From the NCBI GenBank assembly GCA_013265495.1, contig MU058423.1:3301061-3365060 (forward strand): 64,000 nt of DNA. Direction: 5' to 3'. The translations under genes were made by a program, and so were the position numbers. Below are positions 24,181 to 36,349 of the stretch, piece after piece (position 1 is the stretch's first letter; every line of letters starts with the position of its first letter). The notes beneath the pieces are model-generated. The model made no database searches, had not been told where the DNA came from, and was given only the letters and a program-made list of their open reading frames with translations. Origin of the DNA: Vicugna vicugna (Eukaryota).

Positions 24181-24854
24181 AATCTGAAGTATTTGTGAAA
24201 AAAAAAATTGCTTGTCACTTGGGACTGACTTTTTTTATTTGGAAATGATTTCAAGTTTATAGGTGAGATGCAAAAAGTCAGTAGTACCAGGAACACCTAT
24301 ATCCTTTATCCTGAGTCAAGGATTTCCCTCATTTTCTTCACCTTTGGTGTACATGCCCTCCTGCTGTCTCCCTCAGTTTCTGTCTCTCCTTCCATACGTA
24401 TCTTTTTCTGAACCATTTAAGGGTAGGTTTTACCCTTTGTTCCTAATAAATTCTATATTAAATAGCCAGTCCCCTTTATTTTTAATAAGTCTGTTTTTCA
24501 TTTTTGGCTCTTAGTGATTAGGTGCAGGCAGCGCAGTCCTGGAATACAGTAGAGAACTGAGGATGTTATCTGGGTCCTTCTCAGATCATCCCAGCTGGAG
24601 GCACCACTGTCCCTTTGTCCCTTCTGGGGGATGTTAATTTTGATCTCCCCGGTCAAGGTGTGGTTGCTTCCCCTGCAGCTGATAAGCAGTCTGCGGAGAG
24701 ACACTTTAAAACCACGCACATACCTTGTTACTCATCCACTCAGCCATGTGTCTCCCTAATATTTTCCGTCTGTATCACAATGGTGGCAAATGCTTTTTGC
24801 AATTTCAGCACTTCTATTTACTTGCCAAGAGCCCTTCCACCTCACCATCTCTAA

Positions 24855-24960
24855 CGTATTTTTTTAACTTTTTTTTGCAGGGGGGGTAATTAGGTTTATT
24901 TATTTTTATTTTATTAAATTTTTTTTTAATGGAGGTACTGGGGATTGAACTCAGGACTTT
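24855..24960 (-). mobile_element. 5'-truncated Vic-1-like SINE inside an old L1 remnant
   Basis: taattaggtttattt...ggaggtactggggattgaactcaggac. Confidence 0.7.
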
Positions 24961-25249
24961 GCCATGTCAGTTATCATCAGTATGACGTCATGAACTCCTG
25001 TTTTTTTAATGATTTGTAACATATTACTGTATTTTCTTGCTCATATTGTCCCCAGATTGGTCAGTGGGGGTCCCTTCAAGCTGACCCATTTTCTTGTGAT
25101 CTGTCCTTTTTCGAGCACTTAATTTCTGGCACAGTAAGATGTACCATGCTGGCTGTCTACTTTTCCTCCCCAGTCTGCCATTTCTTAAAGGAGTTCTGGT
25201 TCCTTTTAGTGGGAAATGATTTTCAGAAACCAAGATGTATCTCTTAATG

Positions 25250-25392
25250 ATTTTTTTTTTTGGTAGGGGGAGAGGTAATTAGGTTTATTTATTTAATTTC
25301 CTTTTTTCCTTTAATGGAGGTACTGGGGATTGAACCCAGGACCTCATGCATACTAAGCATGTGCTCTGCCACTTGAGCTATACCCTCCTCCC
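25250..25392 (-). mobile_element. Vic-1-like SINE
   Basis: Full tRNA-like head; cttaatgat TSD on both sides. Confidence 0.85.
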
Positions 25393-25840
25393 TTAATGAT
25401 CTTTTAATCATAGTTAAGGGTCTGAACTCTGGGGTCAGTTCGCCCAGTATTGTGTTCTGATTTCTAATTTTTAGTAATGTGTTTTCTAGAGCAGAGTGTT
25501 TACCTTTTATTTCTTTTGTATTTCCTGTTGCCTGGCACATGGCAGGCACCTAATGCTTGAAATTACCCCTCCATTGTATATGTCACAGTTTGCTTACCCA
25601 TTCCTGTTTATAGCCACCTTTTGGCTATTGCGAATAATGCTGCTGTGAACATGGACTTTCAGTTATTTTGGATCTCTCCCCGGAAGTGGAAGTGGGGGAT
25701 TATACTGTAATTCTAGTAGAACAGAGGCTCCAAAATAGCGGAGGATGACCCTTTTCTCTTACCTGGTCTGAGAGGTCCATGGTTAGACACTGTTTTGCTA
25801 AATCAGTTAGGAAACTACTTGCAAGCAAAGCTAGGTTTGA

Positions 25841-26047
<207 letters not shown>

Positions 26048-26685
26048 TGAGTTCTTAAGGTTTTTTGTTTGTTTGATTTTGGGGGCTGCACTGGAGTTTT
26101 CAACCCTGTGAAGTAAATCTTCCTATCTACAGTTACCACGCATAATACTAATTATTGCAGTGATTCCTTATTTTATTCCAATAAAACTGACTCTCAAAGT
26201 GCAACTTAGCATATAAAGAAATCATTAAGGAACCACCACATTTGAGCGCTGTGTGTTTTCCCTGTCAGGTCCCTCAGGCAGGCCAGTCTGGAAAGGGTGT
26301 GTGGGCACCTGGTACCTTTCAAGAACAGGTATCAGGAGTGCTGGTGGGGAGATCAGGAAACAGAGGAGGAAGGTGGGGCTGTGAAGGTGCCCTGGCCCAG
26401 GGTTATCTCTCAGGGGCTTGATGGAGGCATAAGTGTGAACCCAAATAGGAGCTGGGATGATTATAGCCATTGTGGTCTTGTCCATCCCTGCACTCTGCGC
26501 CATATTCTTGTGGTTAACTTGGAAACTGACACTGTCATTGCCTTAATGCTTCAGACAGAAGCAAGCACAGCAAACCCCGTGATACGGCATTATGCGGTGT
26601 TACAGGAATTGCAGCTTATTTTGGTTTGTATTTTTCATGTTCTGGTCTACTGGAAATGGCTGTTTAACACTAGCTCTAAGTTTAG

Positions 26686-26976
<291 letters not shown>

Positions 26977-27533
26977 TAAATGACCTTACTTTGAGGTTGC
27001 CCCACAGTGTCTCAAAGTATGTTACAGAGAACGATCTGCTGGTGTCTTAGAATACTTGCAGACTGTTTGTGCCAGCAACCTCCCTTTCGTGATCTGTTAG
27101 GAAAGAGGAAAGTTAGCAGCAGTTTCTCCGTAGCTTGGTTCAAGGAATGATTTGAAGCTGAGCCTCCAAGCTTGTCAGACCCTTTTGGTTTAACGAGGTA
27201 TGGTGAAGAATAAATGCAGTTTTTCCCTTTTAACTAGCAACATTTTTTTCCTTTTACCCTTTTCCCTCTCCTGTCAAGTAAGAATACTGGGTTGGTATGA
27301 ATTGGTGGAAACCTTGCTGGGAGACTTGGATCATTTGAAATTTGAAAGCAAATCAGTTACTGTCTATGTGTCAGTAGTTCGACTTCCATTATAATTGTGG
27401 CATTCACAGTTGTAGGGTTTGACATGTACATGTGGTTAATATGTACATCCAGTTAATTGTAGTGTGGGAAAATGTTACTAGTGGTCCTGGAGATTTTCTT
27501 ATATTCCAAGTCTCTTTTTTTTTCCCCTTTCAG

Positions 27534-27947
27534 GCTTATACGACCTCATACCCGAGTTTACAGCAAATAAAGTACCGCAGACGTGTAGTGGTTTATGAAA
27601 CGTACCGAGAAGTGCACAGAATGAGACGGAAATATAAAATGGGTCTGACTTGGTGTGAGTTGGAGGCTGATCCGGAAGACTCCGACAACCCAAGAAGAAA
27701 ATTCACTTCAGACCTTCCATCCCCTCAACCACTCAAAGAAGCTGAAAAGTCCACAGAGATGACTCCCAAACCTTTCTGTATTGGAGATAAGTTTTACGTA
27801 CCCCTGGAGAGAATCATTGCTTACCCGAAGGTGAAGCACTTATGCGGTAACGTGGAGGAGCTGCGAGCGCTCATCGCCGATGCCGTCGAACTGAACTGCA
27901 GCGGCTCGGCCGTGCAGGTGGACTTGGATCACTATGCTGACTGCTGA
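27534..27947 (+). CDS. HENMT1: HENMT1 last coding exon (AYTTSYPSLQQ...DLDHYADC*)
   Basis: Strong polypyrimidine acceptor; PFCIGDKFYVPL...YPK similar to the human C-terminus; summed CDS 1167 nt = 388 aa. Confidence 0.93.
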   Translation, partial: AYTTSYPSLQQIKYRRRVVVYETYREVHRMRRKYKMGLTWCELEADPEDSDNPRRKFTSDLPSPQPLKEAEKSTEMTPKPFCIGDKFYVPLERIIAYPKVKHLCGNVEELRALIADAVELNCSGSAVQVDLDHYADC

Positions 27948-28814
27948 GCCATCCTTACTTCCTGAAATTCAGGCTCGTAGCAGTAAGTTGGGCTCATTGA
28001 GAATTTAAACTTTGTGCAGCCATAATTCAGGTAGCTTAATTTTAAGCTCACGTTTTTTGTGTTGAATGTGACATAAAAGAGTTTTAAAGAAAACGGAGTT
28101 ATCCAGTAGTGTTTCCAACCTTTCCCCGGGGGGTAAGGGTAACTTTAAAATCTAGAATTATCTACCTCCTTTGGGCTAAATGCTAACCTGTAATACTTAG
28201 CCGAAAACACATACAAAACAGGAATGCAGGTATTTCAAGGGAACAGAGCCTCCTCGTAATTAAACACTGTCCATGGTTTTCGAGTACGCTCTTCTCTGGG
28301 GGCTTACTGGCTGGACTTGGGGTGGTACCAGCCATAGGTGGGCGGGAAATAGAGCTTCTCATAACGGAGAGAAACAGGGGTCCAGGAGGGAGACGTTTCT
28401 TCCTCAGGCTTGGGAGTGCAGAGGTGAGCCGACCAGGTATGGGAACCCCATGGGCCCACACGTCCATCTTGCCAGGCCCTGTACTTCGTGTGCACCTCGG
28501 AGACAAAGAGGGATGTCTGAGCTTTAGCTGCCACTTGCACGTTCCAAGCCAGTATAAAGGAAAAGAAAAGGGAAGGGACAGAGGGCATGTGCCGGCTGTC
28601 TGCACTATTCCTGCTGCTTGGCCAGATGGAAGCCTCATGGCCACACCTTACAGCAGGGGATGCTGGGAAGTGCAGTCATTTACTCTGGGAGGCCATGTGC
28701 GCACTTGGTGGGCTTCTGCTAAAGAACAAGTGGGAGAAAGGACATGGTGGCAACTTGCCACAATCAGAATGTCCTGAAACAGGCTGTGGCTGGGCAGAGT
28801 GGGGACCTGCCCAC

Positions 28815-28945
28815 TTTTTTTTGGTGAGGAGAGGTAATTAGGTTTACTTACTTATTTTTAGAGGAGGCATTGGGGATTGAACCCACAGCCTCAGGCATAC
28901 TAAGCATGCACCCTACCCTCTACTCGAGCTATACCCTCCCCCCTT
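28815..28945 (-). mobile_element. Vic-1-like SINE
   Basis: ggggattgaaccca...gagctataccctcccc. Confidence 0.8.
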
Positions 28946-31014
28946 CAGGGGCTGTAATTCTGAAGGGTTAATATTAAATAGATGGAAAGTGGATTTGGGG
29001 AAGAGGGTGGTGAGTAGAACAAAGGGATTCCGGAAAAGCAGCGTTAACCACGAAATGGCCCTTCAGACCCCCACTGTGGACTTAAACCGATTTTACTCCT
29101 GAATGCATACAGTCTAGAGATTGGCACCCCCCACCTCCACCCCTGCCCTGCCCGAAGGGCCCTCCGTCCTCACCTTTCTAGGCCTGTGCAGCTTTCCAGG
29201 GTTTCCTTCTCATTGCTGTTCTGTTCAAGCCAAGGTTTTCTAGCCAAGGCTCCAAAAATTAACTGATTAACTTTGTTAAGGCTTAATTGCCTCCCAGAAA
29301 CGTTTTAAATGCTCATGACTGCCATGGGTGATGAGGCCACCCTGCCCTGCCATGGCTCCCTCCCATCTCTGTAACTACTGCACCTACATTCCTCTTCCTC
29401 TGTCTTTACCTGTCTGTCTTGATACAGGCCTTGATTTGCATGTTGAGTGGTTCCAAGCTAGGGCTCAGCAGATGCTCCTGTAGGGACAGGATAACTTTTA
29501 ACTTTACAACTGTTCTGCTCTGCTCGAGTTGAACAGAAGAATGGATGTGGCTGTGTTCCACTAGTTATTACTAAAAAGGGCAGCTGCCAGATTTTGCCCA
29601 TAGTTTGCAGATCTTTGTTCTAAACAAAAAAAGTCATATACCCTCACTCTTTAGCAGCACAGAGCTCTTTCTAAAGGGAGAAAAGCAATTGGACTTAATT
29701 TCTTACTGCTACAAATGCTGCCAAAGTTAGGTCTGCTAAGGGAATAATGTGTATAAAGGGAGCATTATCCCCATGACAGCGTCCTTGCAAGCACTAGAGT
29801 ATAGTGTCTGGCCTGTCTGAGGTAGCTTTGTTCATCTTAAGAATGTTAGATAATTTCAATATCCATTTTGGATAATAAGGCTCATTAGTGTATCCAGGCA
29901 GCCAGTTTTCAAGTAATGGATACCTGCAGACCTAGAAAGTGAACACAGTAATTCTTCTACATACAAAAGTCTTTCTGGAACCAAAGGATCAAGTGTCTGA
30001 TTTAAAGAAAACAGAACGCTGGCAACCCTACTCATGTATGTACACAGGATGAGTTGTGGAGTCCCTCGCCAGATTTCAAGTGTCATAGACACCCACGGAG
30101 TGTGGTCACCTGCTGAAATGAGGGACGGTCCCCTCCAGCCACTGCCTCTGTTACACCTGCCTCCTCCTCTCTTTACTGCCACTCCCTGGGCACTCCCAGC
30201 TCACTGGAAACCAGCTCCCCAGGGTGCAGTGCTAGAAGGCCTATGGCTTTTCATTCCTACTCTTGAGTTTTGGAGAATAAGTGGACAGGAAGTTCCTGAG
30301 AAAAGGGACAGAAATTTAAAAATGTGAAAATGTTTCTCTATCTGAAATTTCAGTCACATGGCGTTGGTGGGAGTAGGGCCTTCCACGCCCTCTCTGCTCT
30401 CCCTGCCCTCCAGTTTGGTTGGCTGCATATTCGTAGGCTCTTTGTATCTGGGGCAATGTTTTATATAATTAAAAATCTTTTCTTGTTGAACTCCTCCTGG
30501 TTATATATTGCACCTTCCATGTTGGGTAAGGCATATTTGCTGCTGTCATAAGACCCCTATGAAGCACTGCTTTAAGAGCATTAGTTTGAGAAGTCTGGTT
30601 GCAGAGGCTGTGTGGCAGGGGAAGCACACGTATCTTCAACTTCGGCAAAGCCTGACCTTCAGTTGTTTGAAATGTTGATTTGAAAGGCGGTTGCTACCTT
30701 TCCCTCAGCCCCCCTCAAACAAAACAAAAAAACTCCACCAATTAAACTGCAGATTGTTTACTATAATCTAATAATTTTAAATTACAAAAGGAATACTGTT
30801 AAAATTAATTAATGGAATTTCAAGTAAACTTTATAGACTTTAAACTTTTTCCTTAATACCTGCCTTCTAACACCATGGGGAACTCCCTGTCTCTCAAATT
30901 CATGACTTTTTTTAAAGAGAGCCCACCATTCCTCATAGAATTCCAGTGGATAAAATACCTATTTTCTTTTTAAATACATTTAAAATTTTTTATTTATTTT
31001 GTCTTTTTGGTTCA

Positions 31015-31154
31015 AGTTTTTTTTTTTTTAATTTTGGGGGGAGGTAATTAGGTTCTTATTTATTTACTTATTTTAATGGAGGTACAGGGGGTTGAACCCA
31101 GGACCTCATGCATGTGAAGCAGGCACTCTACCAACTGAGCTATACCCTCCCCCC
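31015..31154 (-). mobile_element. Vic-1-like SINE
   Basis: gttgaacccaggacctcatgcatg...ctgagctataccctcccc. Confidence 0.85.
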
Positions 31155-33729
31155 AAAATGTTTATTTTCTGACATCAAATTATTTCATATATATGGTATT
31201 ATACATTTTTTGATGCAGCTTTATCATTAGTAATATATTTTATAGATTCACTTCCATCTATTTATACTCCATTCTTTTGAAATGATTACATATGCTTTTT
31301 AAGAAAAATAGTAATGCAAGTTCATGCTAAAAAACCCAGACTGCTCATAAAGATGTAAAGGAGGAATTAAATATCCTTTAACAGTTTGCCCCCAACCCTT
31401 CCATTTCACTGCTTAGAAAATTACTGAAGGTTTCTTATTTCTTCCCAAGTAAGTATAAATTCTGGTTTTGCAAGAACTACTGGCCTTTGGGAGGGAAGAT
31501 TGTTACTTTTTCTAGGAAAACCACTTGAATGAGCCACAGTTTGTAACTATAGAGGCTTTAAGAACAGAAACTTTGGTCCCAGGAATTAAACTGCACTGTA
31601 TAGCTATGAAAAATGTGGCTCTGTAGGAGGCAGAGTTATACCTGCAGATTTTTGTTGGAAAGTTACCACCACTGCCTCCACCATGGCCCGCCCACCAGAG
31701 TAGGCTGAAATCTGTGTTACCAGGTGTTAGCTGGGACTTCCCAGGCACCTGAGATCTGAATAAGATTCGACAGTAATTCCTGTTTCCATGGTCTGGGCAA
31801 TTCGAGAACCCTTTTAAGGATTTCTGAGATTTCCTAGAAGCTCACAGCACTCCCTTCGAGTGCAGCTGCCACACAACTGATATGTGAAACTCTGCCCGCC
31901 CCTCCAGGGTCTCCACAAGACTCACAGGACACTCCTCACGGCAGCACCGGCCTTAGCATCCTTCCTTTAGCTTCTCACCGCCCCACCCTTCTCTCTCCTC
32001 TCCTTCCCAATCTTCCTGTTTCCAGAACACCTGGCAGTTCAGCTCTCTTTAAAGTAATGCTCTCAGCCCCTGGGGGCTCTCATTTCTGTCAGGAAATTAT
32101 TCCAAGTGAAAGTAATTCCCTCAGCTAGAGCCAGAGTTTGGGTGCCAACCAAATCACCTCGTTATACCTGCCACTGTGGAGACTGAGCTGAGCAGCTGCA
32201 GACGGGAGGTCAGGACTGAGCACTGCAAGCACGGCCATGGTGGAACCTTGATTATTCCTTCACGGAGGATGTAGGTGTTAACTGTGCTAACTATGGCCAA
32301 CATGGTTTTTCACTGCGTACAGTGCGTACCTTTGTGGACATCCTGAAGTAGGCAACTTTAGGAGTATTGGTGAGATCTAGCAAACCAGTGGGTAAGAGCT
32401 GAAAGTCAAATTTGGACAGTAAACTTCACCTCTTCTGCAACTAGTTTTTGAAGCCAGCGGCAGGCTAGTTATACACCCATCTTTTGGCAGTTACCTGTCA
32501 GTGGCCTCCGCCCATTTATCTGCTGGGTTCTAAGTTCCTGTCAAACTGTATGTGCTCTGTGCCAGCACCAGTGCAGTTACCGCTGCCAACTCCATTTCAT
32601 CCTGTATGATGGGACCCTACCTGGAACTAGTCAAACTCTGATCATTCTGTTCTTTCCCAGAAACGCTGCATCACTCCGTACTCCCCCACCTCATCCTTGA
32701 CTCAGACACTCTGCTTTCATGGAGTAGGCTGTGTTTTTGCATCGCTATGTCTTTATCCAGACTTGTGCCTCTGTCTAGAATCCCTTGATCATGCTGACCA
32801 ACCAGTCCTTTCCAGGAGGAATCATCATGTCACTAAACTTACAGAATCTTTCATTAATCCCATACTAAAGGAAAACAATTTTAACCTTGTTTAGGCAAAG
32901 TATGCAATACTTTAAAATCTTTTTGCATGTATTTCAAATTTTTAACATTTAGTATTGAAAAACACAAAGGTTTTTTTTTTTTCCTTTGGTATTAATTCAA
33001 TGGAATATAGGGGATAGAAGAGCCAGACACATGTGGGTGAGGTAGATTTGAACTGAATCACTGAAGTTCAGTACCAGAAGGTGGCACACTTTTCCCACTT
33101 AAAGTAAATGCAGTCATTTGCTTTGAGGACTCCCTGATATAAATAAGTCCCAGAAAAAAAAAAAACCTAGTTACGCCCATTTTCTTTAGAGGTTTAAAGC
33201 TTTTTGCAGTGCATACTCAGGAAGATCACTGCTGAAATGGTCTAAAGATCTAGCAGTGGAGTCAATTTCTTAAATGGTTGAGGAGATATCTCAACCCAGC
33301 TGAGCTGTAACTGCATAGAAATGAAGTCTTAATTCATACAGGATGGTCTCTGACACTTCATTATTATGTGGGTCCCTCGGGAATAGAGATCACCGACTCA
33401 GAAAATGTCTAAATGTAAGCCTTTTCTGTTTATGTTTCCTAAAATTTGTGATGCATTTTGTGTAATGTGGGGTGGATTAACTCCACCAAAGATTTCGTAT
33501 CATGCAAACAGAAAGGTTTTGTTTCCTTACATGTGCTGCAACCAGGTATGTGCTATGTATATACAGGAGTGAAAAGGTAAAATAAGGTGAAGGAAAGGGG
33601 AGACTATAAGGAGAAAGGGAGAGAGGGAGAGGAAAACACTAGGTGTTGAGGGAGGATGAGGTAAGTCATATAAGAAGGCTGGGTCTGGGGACCCGATGCC
33701 TGAGATGTGGGTGAGAAGGTCTGAGGGGG

Positions 33730-35480
33730 CCAGTCACAAACAGATAGGAAGATATTCTGTGCTGATGCACTGGAAGAATTAATATTGTTAAAATGACCAC
33801 ACTATCCAAGGCAATCTATAGATCCAGGGCAATTCCTGTCAAAATACCAAGGGCACTTTTCACAGAACTAGAACAAGTAATTTAAAAATTTGTATGGAAA
33901 CACAAAAGACCCTGAATAGCCAAAACAATCTTGAGAAAGAACAGAGCTGGAAGAATCATGCTCCCTGACTTGAGACAATATAACAAAGCCATAGTAATCA
34001 AAACAGTGTGGTATAGCACAAAAACAGAAACATAGATCAATGGAACAGAACAGAGCCCAGAAACAAACCCACATATCTATGGTCAGTTACAACAAAAGAG
34101 GCAAGAAAATATGGTGGAGTCTCTTCAACAGGCAGTGCTGGGAAAGCTGGACAGTTACATGTCCATCAGTGAAGTTAGAACACTCCCTCACACCATATAC
34201 AAAAATAAACTCAAAAAGGTTTAAAGACCTAAATATAAAACATGACACCATAAAACTCTTAGAAGAGAACATGAGCAAAACATTCTGATACAATTTGTAG
34301 CAATACTTTCTTAGGTAAGTCTCCCAAGGCAAAAGAAGTAAAAGCAAAAATAAACAAATGGGACCTAACCAAACTTAAGAGCTTTTGCACAGCAAAGGAA
34401 ATCATCAACAAAATGAAAAGACAACCTATGGAATGGGAGAAAATATTTGCAAATGATATGACCAATAAGGGGTTAATATTCAAAATATATAAACAGCTCA
34501 TACAACTCAACATCAAAAACAAAAAACCCACAAAAAGCCAAAAAACCCCAAACAACTTGATTAAAAAATGGGCAGAAGACCAAAATAGACATTTTTCCAA
34601 AGAAGACATACAGATGGCCAACAAGCCCATGAAAAGATGCTCAACACTGCTAATTATTAGAGAAATGCAAATCAAAATCAGAATGAAGTATTACGTTGCA
34701 ACTATCAGAATGGCCATCATCAAAAAGAACACAAACAACAAATGTTGGCAAAGATGTGGAGAAAAGGGAACCCTCCTACACTGTCGGTGGGAATGCATAC
34801 TGGTGCAGACACTGTGGAAAACAGTATGGCAGTTTCTCAAAAAACTAAAAATGCAACTACCATATGACCCAGCAATTCCACTCCTGGGTATGTATCTGAA
34901 AGAAAAAAAAAACCCCACTAATCTGAAAAGATACATGCATCTCAACACTCATAGAAGCATTATTTACAGTTGCCAAGAAATGGAAACAACCTAAGTGTCA
35001 ACAGATGAATGTATAAAGAAGATGTGGGATACACACACATGATGGAATACTACTCAGCCATAAAAAGAATGAAAATTTACCATTTGCAACAACATGGATG
35101 GACTTGGAGGGTATTATGCTAAGTGAAATAAGTCAGCAAGAACAAGAAAAATACTGTATGAAAGCACCTATATGTGGAATTGAAAAAATAAAACAAACTA
35201 GTAAATATAACAAAAAAGGAAACAGATTTACAAATACAGAGAACTAATGGTTACCAGTGAGCAGAGGAAATGGCGGAGGGGTATAACAGGGGTAGGGGAC
35301 TAAAATGTACCAACTATTATGTATGAAATAAATAAGGTACAAGGATATATTGTACAACACAGGGAATATAGCCAATATTTTATAATAACTATAAATGGAG
35401 TATAAGCTTTAAAAATTGTGAATCACTATGTTGTATATCTGTAAAATAGTATTGTATATCAACTATATTAAAAAAAAAGA
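33730..35480 (+). mobile_element. 5'-truncated LINE-1 (ORF2 C-terminal remnant + 3'UTR + polyA)
   Basis: ORF 34413..34994 ([14 protein letters not shown]...[11 protein letters not shown]) is L1 ORF2-like and frameshifted; degenerate TSD gagaaggtctgagggg / gagaaaggtttgagggg. Confidence 0.92.
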
Positions 35481-36349
35481 GAGAGAAAGGTTTGAGGGGA
35501 TAGATCAGAGGGTCATGCCAGGTTCTGCTGTGTGCACAAAGTACAGATGATCCTGTATGGTTCTATGTACTGGGGAGGAGGTTTGAGGGTTTCCCCTCGA
35601 GTACCCATACCCCACCCCACTTCTGCCAGCATGTAGGATGCTTTCTTCTTAACTCAGTAAACTTTCATAATCTGCACTGTTCAGGGAAGTCATGACAATC
35701 TACATAGAGAGATCTGGGTTCAAACTCACATTGAACCATAGTTCTTTATTAACTTTAAATTGCTGTTATAATCTGAATATCAGCAGAGGGAATGTGTTGG
35801 CATTGCTTTTCCTCTCTGTGAGGACGTTCTAGTCAAAACAGTCTGTACAAGGGTGTGGTGACCCTGAGTATCATTTCAGTCATGATCTTAACCTTTCATA
35901 ATGCACATTTATTGACCATCTTCTAGAAATAAGATATGCGTGTAGATGCTACACGAAGACCAATGTGGGCTTGATCAACTGAGTGCCTCCTATGCAGCAT
36001 ATTCTTAACATCACCTCCTGTGTTCTTCATCACAACCCAGAAGAGTCAGTGGTATTTTCTCCATCCTAGATTAGAAAACATGTTCAGATGGGAATCTGAA
36101 TTCAGACTCAAGTTTGTCTTACTCCCAAGTGCATGTCCACAGGACTGCAGGGGCTGCCTCAGGCCTCAGAGAAATGTGTTTCACTGGAGGCATTCAGGTC
36201 TGTATACTTTCTCTACTGCCTGGCCACAGGTAAAGGGAATCCCCAAGGGAGAAGTTATACACTGGTTTTTTTCCTTTCATTTTCTTTCCTTGGCAAAAAT
36301 CTCACAGATTTCTGATAGAATCTTAACTGAAATTTTAAAGGCTAAACAC

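Noticed and set aside
28183..28841. Cluster of 85-153 aa ORFs downstream of HENMT1
   Set aside because: No similarity to proteins I recognise and no splice structure; probably old repeat or neutral sequence.
33868..34994. ORFs resembling a reverse-transcriptase-associated protein
   Set aside because: Frameshifted L1 ORF2 remnants, not a functional gene.
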